From a virus, in the IMG/VR virus record IMGVR_UViG_3300040770_000140, positions 1-35,992 of that record: a DNA stretch of 35,992 nt; one strand, given 5' to 3'. The notes beneath the pieces were generated by a model that was given only the letters and a program-made list of their open reading frames with translations, did not search any database and had not been told where the DNA came from. The position numbers and the translations under genes were made by a program. Positions 15,896-26,225 of the stretch are shown in pieces. Within the stretch, counting starts at the first letter, position 1. Each line of letters begins with the position of its first letter.

Positions 15896-17512
15896 ATGAG
15901 TAATAATACAGAAACTTATACTATTCGACTGAACGACGTTAATTTTATGGCCGGTATGCGACGCGCACAAGAAGAAGCCGGACAAACTACGCGCCGCGTT
16001 TCCGGTATCGGTGGCGCTATGCGAATGGTCGGCGGTATTATGGCCGGTTTTTCTATTTACCAGCTTGGTAGTTCTGTTGTTGATACGCTTTCGAAGTTTG
16101 AAAAATTTGAAGCTGTTTTGACGAATACCTTCGGCGACAATTCAACAGCGAAAAAGTCCTTGGCCGAAATAACACAATTCGCAAAAGAAACGCCTTTTCA
16201 GGTCGACGAATTGGCGAACGCTTACGTAAAATTAGCCAATAGAGGTATAGCGCCGACTATGGACGAAATGCGAAAAATGGGCGACGTCGCAAGTTCTACG
16301 GGCAAAGGTTTTGACCAGCTGGCCGAAGCTGTTCTTGACGCGTCGACAGGCGAATTCGAACGTCTAAAAGAATACGGAATTACAGCCAAGAAAAGCGGCG
16401 ATAAAGTAGCTTTTTCGTTTAAAGGAGTTACGACGCAAGTCGGGTTTTCCGATAAAGCAATAGTAAGCTATATTCAGGGTTTAGGTAATATGAACGGGGT
16501 TCTTGGAGCGTCGGACGCTATTATGGGAACCACGGGCGGCCGAATTTCGAATTTAGGCGACAGCTTAACAGCTTTATATTTGGTTATAGGTCAAAATTTA
16601 GCGCCAGCTATAGCCGGAACTATTTCGGCTTTGCAAACAGCTATTTCGTCGATTTCCGGCTTCGTTACCTTTATAACTTCAGGAACTACAGGCGCGAAGG
16701 CTTTCGCTGTTGGCGTGGCTGTTCTTGGCGGTGCCTTGCTGGCTTACGGGGTTATTACTACGGCTTTAAGTATTAAAACAGCGGCCTTGGCTGTTCAACA
16801 ATGGTACTTAAACGTAGCTATGACCGCGAACCCTATCGGGGTCGTAGTTGTCGCGCTTGGTGCCTTGGTGGCCGGTATTGTCGTAGCATATAACCAATTC
16901 GATACGTTTCGCGCTGTTGTCGACGGCGCTTGGTCTTCAATTCAAGTAATGGCGTCGAATATAAAGACCACTTTTTTAAATATTCCCGAATTAATTATTA
17001 AAGCTTTTACACAAATACCGACAGCTTTAATGTCAGCTTTTTCGGGCGTTGGAAAAATTATTTCGGCGCTTCTTTCAGGAGATTTAAAAGCCATTCCGTC
17101 GCTTATGGCCGATTTAGGAAAAGACATTTTAAAAGGGAACCCTTTAACCGGTTTCGCTGTTAATATGGCCGAAAGCGTAACCAAGGGGTCAGGCGCGGCG
17201 TTTACGAACGCTTACGACAATACAATGACCCAAGCCGAAAAAGACAAAGCGGCCAAAGGTAAGGCCGCCGGTTCCAAGCTTGACGTTCCAGCGGCCGGAA
17301 CCGGTGCCGGAGCGAAAGCGAAAGGCGTTGACGCTGGAATTTCAGAAGTTCGTTCTTCAGCGCCAAAGAATTTCTATATTTCTATTGGAAACTTAGTAAA
17401 AGACTTGAACATAAATACGACCAATTTAAACGCCGGTTCGGCGAAACTTAAAGAAGAAATAACAAAAGTATTATTAACAGCTGTTAACGATATGCAAATA
17501 ATTAGCCAATAA
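15896..17512 (+). CDS. Tape measure protein
   Basis: 538 aa. It has a central hydrophobic Gly/Ala-rich block and lies after the G/GT chaperone. Confidence 0.8.
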   Translation: MSNNTETYTIRLNDVNFMAGMRRAQEEAGQTTRRVSGIGGAMRMVGGIMAGFSIYQLGSSVVDTLSKFEKFEAVLTNTFGDNSTAKKSLAEITQFAKETPFQVDELANAYVKLANRGIAPTMDEMRKMGDVASSTGKGFDQLAEAVLDASTGEFERLKEYGITAKKSGDKVAFSFKGVTTQVGFSDKAIVSYIQGLGNMNGVLGASDAIMGTTGGRISNLGDSLTALYLVIGQNLAPAIAGTISALQTAISSISGFVTFITSGTTGAKAFAVGVAVLGGALLAYGVITTALSIKTAALAVQQWYLNVAMTANPIGVVVVALGALVAGIVVAYNQFDTFRAVVDGAWSSIQVMASNIKTTFLNIPELIIKAFTQIPTALMSAFSGVGKIISALLSGDLKAIPSLMADLGKDILKGNPLTGFAVNMAESVTKGSGAAFTNAYDNTMTQAEKDKAAKGKAAGSKLDVPAAGTGAGAKAKGVDAGISEVRSSAPKNFYISIGNLVKDLNINTTNLNAGSAKLKEEITKVLLTAVNDMQIISQ

Positions 17513-18114
17513 TGAAACAATTATTTTCTTTTGACGAACTTTTAATTAATGTAAAAGGCCGCGCGGCTTCAGAATTAAAAACAGCTGTTTACCGTGATAG
17601 TTTAGCGACAGAAACCGAAGACTTCGACAAGCGCTCGTTATTCGGTACGCCTGTTTATTCAAACTTAGAGATTCCAGCCGGACAATATACCGACTTAGAC
17701 GGTAACGTTATAAACTACGACGGCGTTCGTTTAGATACTGTTCTTTTTGACGTATCACAAGAACGAAACATTATTCGAACAGCTGTCAGCGGCAAGGCTG
17801 GAACTATAAAACAGTTTATTGCGGACGGCGATTATATTATTAATGTTCAAGGCCTTATTTCAGGCGAAAGTTTTAAAACGAATTCCGGCTTCGGCGTTCA
17901 GGCCGTTACAGGGGTTCCCGAAGAAGAAGTTCGAAAAATTAAAATAATATGTTCCATTCCCAAAGAAATAGAAGTAATTTCTTCGTTTTTAGACCTTTTT
18001 GACATTACGACTGTCGTTATAACAGCGCCAATTTTCGCCGAAAAAGAAGGCTATAGAAACGAAATATTCTTTTCTTGTTCAATGATTTCCGATAAACCGA
18101 TAGAGTTAAAATAG
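17512..18114 (+). CDS. Tail/baseplate protein (position of Mu gp43-like)
   Basis: 200-aa ORF with an ATGA overlap on the tape measure stop. Call is positional. Confidence 0.45.
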   Translation: MKQLFSFDELLINVKGRAASELKTAVYRDSLATETEDFDKRSLFGTPVYSNLEIPAGQYTDLDGNVINYDGVRLDTVLFDVSQERNIIRTAVSGKAGTIKQFIADGDYIINVQGLISGESFKTNSGFGVQAVTGVPEEEVRKIKIICSIPKEIEVISSFLDLFDITTVVITAPIFAEKEGYRNEIFFSCSMISDKPIELK

Positions 18115-18115
18115 T

Positions 18116-19114
18116 ATGTTACGACCTTGGATAAAAATTAAAATAGGCGAAGAAACGCTTTCGTATGTCACGACAGGCGAAATTTCTTCGACGTGGAAAA
18201 AATTTACTGATACGGCTGTTTTGACCATACCAAAAAAAGCTATAAAAGACGGTAAAACCATTTATATAAGTAACGCGAACGTCTTTAAAAAAGGCCAATT
18301 CGCGACTATTTCAATAGGTTATTTTCCGAAAATGGAAGTCGTTTTTCAGGGTTATTTGACTAAAATAATACCGGCCGAAAACGTGACGCTTGAATTCGAA
18401 GACCCTTCTTGGATTCTAAAACAAACGAATTTAACAGTTTCGTATAAAAAAATAACGCTTGAAGGCCTGTTAAAAAATTGCCTTGAATTGGCTATTTCAA
18501 AGGCTTCGCCTGATATTAAAAAGGCCTTAAAAATGATCAAAATTAACGCTGTAGGAGCCGAATTTTTCGCTTTCAGGCTTACGAATGTCAATATAGTACA
18601 AGTTTTAGACGAATTAAAAAGTACTTACGCGCTGACTTCGTTCTTCAGGAACCAAACGCTTAACGTCGGTTTGGCCTATAACGGCGGCGGCAAAAAGCAC
18701 GTTTTCGAATTCGAAGAAAATATTATTTCCAACGACTTAGAATATAGGTCTGAAGCTGACGTTCGTATTAAAGTTAAAGTCGTTTCAATGCTGGAAAATA
18801 ACAACAAAATAGAAGTCGAAGTTGGCGACAGCGACGGCGAACAGCGAACCATTTTCGCCTATAACGTGACCAGCGAAAAGGAACTAAAAGCTATAGGAGA
18901 ACGCGAAAAGGAGCGCCTGAAGTACGAAGGTTTTTTTGGAACCCTTACGACGTTTATTTTCGACTTAGTTCGCCACGGCGACGAAATAGAACTAATAAAC
19001 AAAAAACAGCCGGAGCAAAACGGTATTTATTACGCTGAAGAAGTAAGACCGACTTTCGGCGTCGACGGCTATTTTCAAACTATAACGCTGGGCGTTAAAA
19101 TAAGCGCTAAATAA
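18116..19114 (+). CDS. Baseplate hub protein (gpD / Mu gp44-like, putative)
   Basis: 332 aa lying between the tape measure block and the spike. Call is positional. Confidence 0.45.
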   Translation: MLRPWIKIKIGEETLSYVTTGEISSTWKKFTDTAVLTIPKKAIKDGKTIYISNANVFKKGQFATISIGYFPKMEVVFQGYLTKIIPAENVTLEFEDPSWILKQTNLTVSYKKITLEGLLKNCLELAISKASPDIKKALKMIKINAVGAEFFAFRLTNVNIVQVLDELKSTYALTSFFRNQTLNVGLAYNGGGKKHVFEFEENIISNDLEYRSEADVRIKVKVVSMLENNNKIEVEVGDSDGEQRTIFAYNVTSEKELKAIGEREKERLKYEGFFGTLTTFIFDLVRHGDEIELINKKQPEQNGIYYAEEVRPTFGVDGYFQTITLGVKISAK

Positions 19115-19899
19115 TGGAAATACAGGACTTAATAAAACAAATGACCCAAAGCAAAGAAGAAATTTATTCTGTCCTTTGTTCTGTCGTTGAAATTGACCAA
19201 GAAACGCGAACCATTCACGCCAAGCCGTTAAACGGTTCGGCCGAAATATTCGACGTAAGGCTTCAAACTATGCTTTCGGGCGTGCTGGGGTTGGTTATTT
19301 GGCCAAAAATCAATTCGAACGTAATAGTTAGCTTCGTTTCAAAAGAAGTCGCTTATATCGCTTTAAATAGCGAAATAGAGAAGACCGAATTGAAAATTGG
19401 CGAAATGACGTTTTTTGTCGATGCTAATAACACGAATTTAGCTGTCGAAAATGTACTTATTGACAGCACGAACGCGACCCTGAACAGCGATAACGTGAAC
19501 GTGAACGCCACGAACACAAAATTCGCGACGACCAGCTTCGAAGTAGAAGGCGAAACTTTCAAAGTGACCGGAACCGTCGCCGACATAATGGCCGCGGCTA
19601 TAAAGCTGACCGGAGCCGTAACAATTCAAGGCGCGACCACTATAACGGGCGCTGTCGCTGTCGCCGGTTCTGTAGCCTTAAACGGTGGCGCGAACGGTGG
19701 CGTTCCCAAAGGCGCGGCCTTAGTTACTGAATTTAACAAGCTAAAAGAAGACTTCGCTGACCTGAAGGCAAGGTTCAACAGCTGGACGCCTGTAAACGGC
19801 GACGGCGGCGCGGCGTTAAAAACAAAGCTTGCGACTTGGGCGCCAAGAACAAACGCGTTAACACAAAACGAAATAAGTAATTCCGAAAACACTCACTAA
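19114..19899 (+). CDS. Baseplate spike (gpV / Mu gp45-like)
   Basis: An N-terminal OB-like region is followed by a repetitive Asn/Thr/Gly/Ala beta-helix-like segment (LTGAVTIQGATTITGAVAVAGSVALNGG). Confidence 0.5.
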   Translation: MEIQDLIKQMTQSKEEIYSVLCSVVEIDQETRTIHAKPLNGSAEIFDVRLQTMLSGVLGLVIWPKINSNVIVSFVSKEVAYIALNSEIEKTELKIGEMTFFVDANNTNLAVENVLIDSTNATLNSDNVNVNATNTKFATTSFEVEGETFKVTGTVADIMAAAIKLTGAVTIQGATTITGAVAVAGSVALNGGANGGVPKGAALVTEFNKLKEDFADLKARFNSWTPVNGDGGAALKTKLATWAPRTNALTQNEISNSENTH

Positions 19900-20193
19900 A
19901 TGGAAACCGCAAAAGACATTAAATTTATCGAAGACATAGTTATTGTAAACGGCGACTTTCAGCTTTTCGAAAGCGACGACACCCACATTGAAAACATTTT
20001 AAAAGCGAACAAAGGCTTCTTTTTTGAAACGCCTTTGATTGGCGTCGGTATTATAAACGAATTAAAAGGTTCTAAATCCAGCCAAGAACTAAAACAAGAT
20101 ATTCGCCGTCAGCTTGTTTATGATAACTTCGGCGTTCAAAAAATAGAACTTACGCCTGTCGGAATTAACATAATTGCAAAAAGACTGAAATAA
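19900..20193 (+). CDS. Small baseplate protein (hypothetical)
   Basis: 97-aa ORF, tightly packed. Call is positional. Confidence 0.4.
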   Translation: METAKDIKFIEDIVIVNGDFQLFESDDTHIENILKANKGFFFETPLIGVGIINELKGSKSSQELKQDIRRQLVYDNFGVQKIELTPVGINIIAKRLK

Positions 20194-20480
20194 TGAAAGT
20201 AAAAATTAAAGAAAATCAAAGCGTTTTAGACGTAGTTTGTCAGGCCTTTGGAACCGCTGAAGCCGCTTTCGCTTTTGCCTTGCTCAATGGCTTGTCAGTC
20301 AGCGACGAAATACATTCGAACGACATATTCGAACTACCTTCAAACAGCTTAAATAAAAATGAAATTTCGTCGTATTTTTCCGAAAAAAATACAGAACTTG
20401 CAACAGGTTTCCCACTTGTAGAGGTCGCCGACTACGGAATTGGCGATATGATTATAGAAAATAACTTTATAGTAAGATAA
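20193..20480 (+). CDS. LysM-like tail protein (P2 gpX-like)
   Basis: IKENQSVLDVVCQAFGTAEAAFAFALLNGLSVSDEIHSNDIFELP fits a LysM-like pattern. Confidence 0.4.
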   Translation: MKVKIKENQSVLDVVCQAFGTAEAAFAFALLNGLSVSDEIHSNDIFELPSNSLNKNEISSYFSEKNTELATGFPLVEVADYGIGDMIIENNFIVR

Positions 20481-20481
20481 A

Positions 20482-23298
20482 ATGAAAAAATCAATTTCGA
20501 TTTTAAAGAATTACTTCAAGACCGGCGACAAGCCGACACAACAGCAATTTTATGACTTCTTAGAAAGCTTTGTTCACTTAGATAGCACAATCTTAGCGGC
20601 ACAAGTCGAAGGCCTTGAAACGGCGCTTCAAACGCTTCAGGCGCTCGGAATTAACGATATTGTAGGACTTCAAACAGCTTTAGCCGACTTAAATACGGCC
20701 ATAACTACGTTAGAAGTCGCCGACGTTTCCGGTCTTCAGGATATTCTTAACGCTTTAGCTGTCGTAAGTATTGGCGACGTTACAGGACTTCAGGACGCGT
20801 TAAACGCTTTAGCTGTCGTAAGTATTGGCGACGTTACAGGACTTCAGGACGAATTAAATAACAAAGTTACAGCGGCGACCGGTTTTGGTCTGTCAGAAAA
20901 TAATTTTTCGACGAATTACGTAAACATAATTTCAGGCCTTACAGCTTCAGTAACGGCGTTAACTTACGAAACCATTATAACCGAAGCGACAGCGACAAAA
21001 ACGCTGGCTTTAACCGACGTAAACAAACGAATTATGTTCACGGGCGCGACGCTTAACACGGTTACTATTCCGTTAGACGCGGCGGTTGCTTGGTATTCAG
21101 GAACCAAAATAAAAGGAACTGTTCAGGGTGCCGGTGCTGTCACTATAGCCGGAACCGGAATAACTTTTGTTGGAAATACTTTTACATTTGCCAAAGGCGA
21201 AAGCTTTATTTTGACGAATACAGGCTTAGACCTTTGGACTGTAGAGGGGAACGCGGCGGCGGTAAGCGCGAACATAGTCAAAACGCTTTACGTAGATGCA
21301 ATCAACGGAAACGACACGACCGGACAAGTAGGGAATATTTTTAAACCTTATAAAACGATTGACGCTCTTATGCCTTTTTTCGGTTATGTTAATCTTGACC
21401 TTAATGAATATATAGTTGAATTATTAACCGCTGGAACATACTTCGTTAACCTATCGTTTCCGCTATACACAAGAGTGACATTAAATAGTGTAAAAGCAAC
21501 AAACATAAGTTTTATAAACAATCCGAATACTACAATTTTACAAGGCGCGTCCGGAAACAATATGTTCAACGTTATTACACCAAACGGAACGATAACTTTT
21601 AGCAACACCGTAAATCAGTCGATTGGCGCAGAATATTCAAAAATAATAGTAGATGTTTTTATTGGAAATTCACCAACACCAACCGGAGTTCTGTTTGGTG
21701 GCATGGGTTATTTGTTTTTTGAAGCGCGAGAAACGACATTGAAAAAGGGGTTGGCAACGCCTTCCGGCTCCGGATATATAGATTATAAAAGCAAAAAAAC
21801 AATAGTAAACGCTTCAAACATTTTGGTAGCTACTGCGACCGGAAACAATTTGAGTACTGTTGATTATGGGGATATTTCGGGGACGGGCAGTATTATATTA
21901 GGAGGTTTTAGCGGAGAATGTTATGTAAGTAATATAAGCACTACCGAGGTAAATATAATAACTAATAATCTTTCAAACGTTATTATAAAATTCAAGGACA
22001 CTATCATTACGGGAGGAGGAATAAAAATGAGTGCTGGTTGGAGTTTTGGAAAAGTTACTTTAACGGGGGTTATACAATCGCAATCTATCGGTTTAAAGAA
22101 CGACTTTATGGCCGGAGGTACTTTGATATTAAAAGACTTTAGCCACGATTTTAAATCAAATAAAATTGAAATGTATGATTCGCATTTAATATTAGAAAAC
22201 GCGAACATTAGGTTTGACGCAACACCTTTTGGCCTCGCTTCATCGAACACAAAAAAAATAACTTTTTACGGAACGAACTCTATTTTTTCAGTTACACCGC
22301 CGGCCGTTATGTTTACCGGAACAACTGCGACACCAATAGAAAAATATGGCTTTTTAAATACTAACATTCCAAGTTTAGCAACAAACGCAATTCTTACCAA
22401 TAGAACGCCTTTAGAACACGGCGACAAGAATTTCACGTCTTACCCAAACACAAGAAACGACGGCGCGAACCCTACAAATAAAATTTTAGGAACAGACGCA
22501 AACGGTAATTTAAAAAGTTATTCAATGGCCTTAATGCCAGCGCCTTTTTTAAAGGTTTTAATACCGGATTCGACGCTTCCAAGCACGACGACAAACTTTA
22601 AATTAAAAGGCGCTTTTTTCACGCCTACAATGACGGTCGTAATTGGCGGCGCGACAATAAACTATATTACATTTATTTCAGACAATGAAGTTGACGTAAA
22701 CGTGACAACGGGCGCCGCTGAAGGTTCTTTTCCTGTCACTTTGAATAACGGAATTTCAGCGACTTTTAATAATGCTTTATTTATTGTTTTAGGTACTGTT
22801 TATAGTCCGGCGGTTACGGATTGGATAAACATAGTTGAACCCGTTAATTTTGAAGCTAAAAATATGTTATTAAAAACGGCTTATTCAGCGGGTTCGGCAA
22901 GGTGGAACAAAAATTTAGACGTAACAAAAAACTTTAGAGTTTTATTTACAATGACTTTTTCCCCTTTAACTTCAACGGCTTCGCCTAATACTTTAGCCGG
23001 TAATGATATATTACTTATAAAGTCGGTTTTAAATGATGCTTTACTTTTTAAATTCAACAATTATCAAAATATTTATTTTGATTTATACCCACCTACAGGG
23101 GATAGAATTTCGGGTTTTGGTGGCGGTATTGGTGACACCTTTAGATTGGACTATATAAGCGGAATATTTTATTTTTATAGAAATAGTACTTTGATAACAA
23201 GTATAACGCAAAACCAAAATTTAACAAATAATGCCTATTTAGTTTTTTCCGTTCAAGCACAAGACATAAAAGACATTAAATATATTGAATTAGCCTAA
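20482..23298 (+). CDS. Long tail fibre / receptor-binding protein
   Basis: 938 aa. An 18-aa GLQxAL repeat region is followed by Thr/Asn/Gly-rich beta-rich segments. An IPT/TIG-like segment (FKLKGAFFTPTMTVVIGG..VDVNVTTGAAEGSFPVTLNNG) and a C-terminal beta-sandwich-like domain complete it. Confidence 0.7.
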   Translation: MKKSISILKNYFKTGDKPTQQQFYDFLESFVHLDSTILAAQVEGLETALQTLQALGINDIVGLQTALADLNTAITTLEVADVSGLQDILNALAVVSIGDVTGLQDALNALAVVSIGDVTGLQDELNNKVTAATGFGLSENNFSTNYVNIISGLTASVTALTYETIITEATATKTLALTDVNKRIMFTGATLNTVTIPLDAAVAWYSGTKIKGTVQGAGAVTIAGTGITFVGNTFTFAKGESFILTNTGLDLWTVEGNAAAVSANIVKTLYVDAINGNDTTGQVGNIFKPYKTIDALMPFFGYVNLDLNEYIVELLTAGTYFVNLSFPLYTRVTLNSVKATNISFINNPNTTILQGASGNNMFNVITPNGTITFSNTVNQSIGAEYSKIIVDVFIGNSPTPTGVLFGGMGYLFFEARETTLKKGLATPSGSGYIDYKSKKTIVNASNILVATATGNNLSTVDYGDISGTGSIILGGFSGECYVSNISTTEVNIITNNLSNVIIKFKDTIITGGGIKMSAGWSFGKVTLTGVIQSQSIGLKNDFMAGGTLILKDFSHDFKSNKIEMYDSHLILENANIRFDATPFGLASSNTKKITFYGTNSIFSVTPPAVMFTGTTATPIEKYGFLNTNIPSLATNAILTNRTPLEHGDKNFTSYPNTRNDGANPTNKILGTDANGNLKSYSMALMPAPFLKVLIPDSTLPSTTTNFKLKGAFFTPTMTVVIGGATINYITFISDNEVDVNVTTGAAEGSFPVTLNNGISATFNNALFIVLGTVYSPAVTDWINIVEPVNFEAKNMLLKTAYSAGSARWNKNLDVTKNFRVLFTMTFSPLTSTASPNTLAGNDILLIKSVLNDALLFKFNNYQNIYFDLYPPTGDRISGFGGGIGDTFRLDYISGIFYFYRNSTLITSITQNQNLTNNAYLVFSVQAQDIKDIKYIELA
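20749..20851 (+). repeat. Perfect tandem duplication, period 54 nt (18 aa), inside the fibre gene
   Basis: aacgctttagctgtcgtaagtattggcgacgttacaggacttcaggacg occurs at 20749-20797 and again at 20803-20851. A degenerate third copy lies upstream. Confidence 0.9.
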
Positions 23299-23310
23299 AA
23301 AATAAAACTT

Positions 23311-23733
23311 ATGAGCGCGCAAATAGTATTAAATTATTACTTGGAACAATACCAAACTTTAGGGAACACCTTAACAGATTTAAGTTTCGACAATATTTCA
23401 TTCTTACAGGAACAAGAACCGGCCTACAACGAAGCCGGTCAAAAAGTTTCAAAAAGCTATTACAGCATTGAAGGCAAAGAAGCCGTAAGAATTGAATATT
23501 TAAGACTTTACGGAACCCACGAATTCGAAGGCGAAACTTTCGAAGGGGTCTTTTTAGGTCTTCAGAAAATAATTCATTTTTTGGATTGGAACGGCGAAAT
23601 AGCCAGCACAAAGGCAAAACAAGCCTATTTGTTCAATTTGGAACCGGTTTACACCGACGCAATAGTTACCGGCTTTACAAGTCGAAAAATGCGCGATATA
23701 CTTAACCAAGACAGTTATAACACACATATTTAA
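23311..23733 (+). CDS. Hypothetical baseplate/fibre-associated protein
   Basis: 140-aa ORF. Call is positional. Confidence 0.4.
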   Translation: MSAQIVLNYYLEQYQTLGNTLTDLSFDNISFLQEQEPAYNEAGQKVSKSYYSIEGKEAVRIEYLRLYGTHEFEGETFEGVFLGLQKIIHFLDWNGEIASTKAKQAYLFNLEPVYTDAIVTGFTSRKMRDILNQDSYNTHI

Positions 23734-23734
23734 A

Positions 23735-24607
23735 ATGTCAAGAACCTTACAAGAAATACAAGAAATAATTCTTCAAAAAAAAGCGGTTACGGCTTCGCTG
23801 TCGCCGCTTGAAGTATTGACCACAAGCGAACAAAACACGCTTTCGAACTTAACCAGCACGTCAAAGGTTTCAATTTGGCGCCTTTGGTCATACATTTGCG
23901 CGTTCTCAATTTGGACGCTGGAACAGATTTTCGACGCCTTCAGGGTTGAAATTCAAGAAATAATTTCCTTGAATAAAATCGGTTCTTTGTCTTGGTACCG
24001 TCAAAAAATGCTGGAATTCCAGCTTGGTTTTTCGCTGTCTGAAATGGGGGTTTATGACAATACGAACGCTATTCAGGCCGAAGTATTGGCCAGCTTAATA
24101 GTAAAACAAAGCGCTATTGAAGAACTTGACGGTAAGCTTAAAATAAAAGTAGCGACAGAAGACGAAAACGGCGACTTAATACCGCTTTCAGGGGTGCAAA
24201 TGGCCGCATTCAAGAACTACGCCGAAGCGATAAAATACGCCGGTACTCGTTTAATACTCGTTTCGCGCGTTCCTGACGACTTTAAAACTGAATACGTTAT
24301 TTACTATGACCCTTTAGTTTTAGACGCGTTCGGGTCACGTTTGGACGGTCAGAACAGCGAACCGGTACAAGACGCCGTTCGGTCATTTTTGCGAAACTTA
24401 GAATTCAACGGCGAAATAATACTTACTAAATTGACCGATTTTTTACAACTTATTGAAGGCGTAGAAGAACCGGTTCTTGTATCGGCTTCGGCGAAATACG
24501 GGTTATACCCTTACGCGGCCGTGAACGAATTCTATATTGCCGACGCCGGATATATGAAGCTGGACGAACTGAATACTAATTTTACCTTCGTAAGCCGTGG
24601 ACTATAG
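23735..24607 (+). CDS. Baseplate wedge protein (J / Mu gp47 position)
   Basis: 290-aa ORF. The call is positional only; I recognise no motif. Confidence 0.35.
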   Translation: MSRTLQEIQEIILQKKAVTASLSPLEVLTTSEQNTLSNLTSTSKVSIWRLWSYICAFSIWTLEQIFDAFRVEIQEIISLNKIGSLSWYRQKMLEFQLGFSLSEMGVYDNTNAIQAEVLASLIVKQSAIEELDGKLKIKVATEDENGDLIPLSGVQMAAFKNYAEAIKYAGTRLILVSRVPDDFKTEYVIYYDPLVLDAFGSRLDGQNSEPVQDAVRSFLRNLEFNGEIILTKLTDFLQLIEGVEEPVLVSASAKYGLYPYAAVNEFYIADAGYMKLDELNTNFTFVSRGL

Positions 24608-25094
24608 CAAAACTTTTAACGTAGACTTCAGAAAATTGGCGCTTTTATTAACGCCGGTTTTTTGGCGTAAAAGCGTTTTCGTAGATTATATTTATACTTT
24701 TATAGAACCGGTTTCGCGCTTACATTTTGATTTTTTGAACTTCAGAACAAAAGAAATTTACAAAGTAATTCATAACGGTCAGGTCATACTTTTAGAAAAG
24801 GTTTTAAACGATACTTTTGACCCTGAAGAACGCCGAATTTTTATTTCAGAAGAACAGATTTTCGACGCGTTATATATCTATACTACAGACGAAAACAAGC
24901 CTGTTTTTTTAGGTACCGAATACTTGTACCCTACGCAAGCAGTTAACGTCATAAACGTCGACTTTATCGTTAATTTTCCTATTAAAATAAAACCTAATAA
25001 TTCCGACGCTTTACTTAACTTTGAAAACAGAATTAAGGCGCTCACGAATTACTATAAATTAGCGTCTAAAAGATATAAAATACTATGGATATAA
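24597..25094 (+). CDS. Baseplate/tail-fibre-associated protein (Mu gp48 position)
   Basis: 165-aa ORF with a GTG start at 24597 that overlaps the upstream gene by 11 nt. Confidence 0.35.
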   Translation: MDYSKTFNVDFRKLALLLTPVFWRKSVFVDYIYTFIEPVSRLHFDFLNFRTKEIYKVIHNGQVILLEKVLNDTFDPEERRIFISEEQIFDALYIYTTDENKPVFLGTEYLYPTQAVNVINVDFIVNFPIKIKPNNSDALLNFENRIKALTNYYKLASKRYKILWI

Positions 25095-25924
25095 TAAAAT
25101 TATTTTCGGGCGGTTTTCCAATGACAACCGAAACGCTGGCTTTTCTACAAAACAGTTATTCAAAACCTATTGAAGCGCTGACCAATTTGACCGGCGACGG
25201 CGTAATTCTTGAAGGCGTTATAAGCGCCGCCGGAACGCTTTCGGCTGGCTTTATAGTCAAGAACAAAGAAGTTATTCCCTTTGTTTCTTCGGCTGTTGGT
25301 GCTACGGTTTACGTTCACGAAACGACCGTTCAAGTACCGTATAACGTCGACACGAATAACGACGGTTCGCTTGACTTGAAAGACGCCTATATTACGCGTT
25401 TCGCTTCTACGGCGGCGACTGTCGCCGGTTCTGTAGCTGTTTACAATTTCACTTTCGCCAGCCTTACGCGATTAGCACAAACGCGCCAGCCTATCGGGTC
25501 GGCTATTTTATGGTTCGACGCGGCAAACATTCCGAAATTTTATAGAGTAATGGACGGAACCGGCGGCACGGTAAACGGAGCGCCAGCCATTGACTTAAGA
25601 AATAAATTTATAAAAGCGGCTGGAAGTGAAAACTTGGCCGGAACTTCTGGCGGTTCAAGAACCAAAGTTTTAGCTGTCGCAAATTTACCTTCGCACACAC
25701 ATAGCTTTGTTATAAACGCTTTAAGCCGTCTTTTCGGAACCGGCGGCGCTCGTTCTGACGGCGGTAACGACTTTTTAAAAACAGTTGACACCGACGGAAC
25801 CGGTTCGACAAAAACGTTCGCCGGTTCTACGGGAACCACGGGCGGCGGTGCCGGAACCGCTGAAGCGTTTAACAATGAACCAAGCTTTTACACGGCTGTT
25901 TGGATTCAATATATAGGCTTTTAA
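25085..25924 (+). CDS. Short tail fibre with a phage tail-collar domain
   Basis: PIGSAILWFDAANIP..MDGTGG..APAIDLRNKFIK..LPSHTHS..NNEPSFYTAVWIQY matches the tail-collar / MdpB-type pattern. Confidence 0.7.
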   Translation: MDIIKLFSGGFPMTTETLAFLQNSYSKPIEALTNLTGDGVILEGVISAAGTLSAGFIVKNKEVIPFVSSAVGATVYVHETTVQVPYNVDTNNDGSLDLKDAYITRFASTAATVAGSVAVYNFTFASLTRLAQTRQPIGSAILWFDAANIPKFYRVMDGTGGTVNGAPAIDLRNKFIKAAGSENLAGTSGGSRTKVLAVANLPSHTHSFVINALSRLFGTGGARSDGGNDFLKTVDTDGTGSTKTFAGSTGTTGGGAGTAEAFNNEPSFYTAVWIQYIGF

Positions 25925-25925
25925 T

Positions 25926-26225
25926 ATGAACGAATTTATTTCTAAAAATTGGGAAGTTTTAGCCGGTTTAATCGGAACAAGTAGCTTGTTTTTTAGTGGT
26001 CTAAAGTTCAAAAGACAGAACGAAAAAACGACAGAACTTGAAAACCTTAAAACGGTTCGCGGTATCGAAAAAAGCCTTTTAGAAGATATGCGCGTTCAAA
26101 TTGACGAACTCGTTAAATTAAACAATTATTTAAAAGGTATAGTCGAAATTCAGACCATACAAATAGCACAATACAGGACGCAATTCGGCGAACTAAATCT
26201 AAAAATAAAGGAAAATGAAAAATAA
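25926..26225 (+). CDS. Single-pass membrane protein with a coiled coil (holin or spanin-like candidate)
   Basis: TM segment WEVLAGLIGTSSLFFSGL followed by a heptad-rich region. It lies immediately upstream of the amidase and overlaps it. Confidence 0.45.
   Translation: MNEFISKNWEVLAGLIGTSSLFFSGLKFKRQNEKTTELENLKTVRGIEKSLLEDMRVQIDELVKLNNYLKGIVEIQTIQIAQYRTQFGELNLKIKENEK

Noticed and set aside
20600-20900. Fibre-gene repeats as a diversity-generating retroelement target, or a CRISPR-like array
   Set aside because: There is no reverse transcriptase and no template repeat elsewhere in the genome. The repeats are in frame, contiguous and coding (18-aa period), with no spacers.
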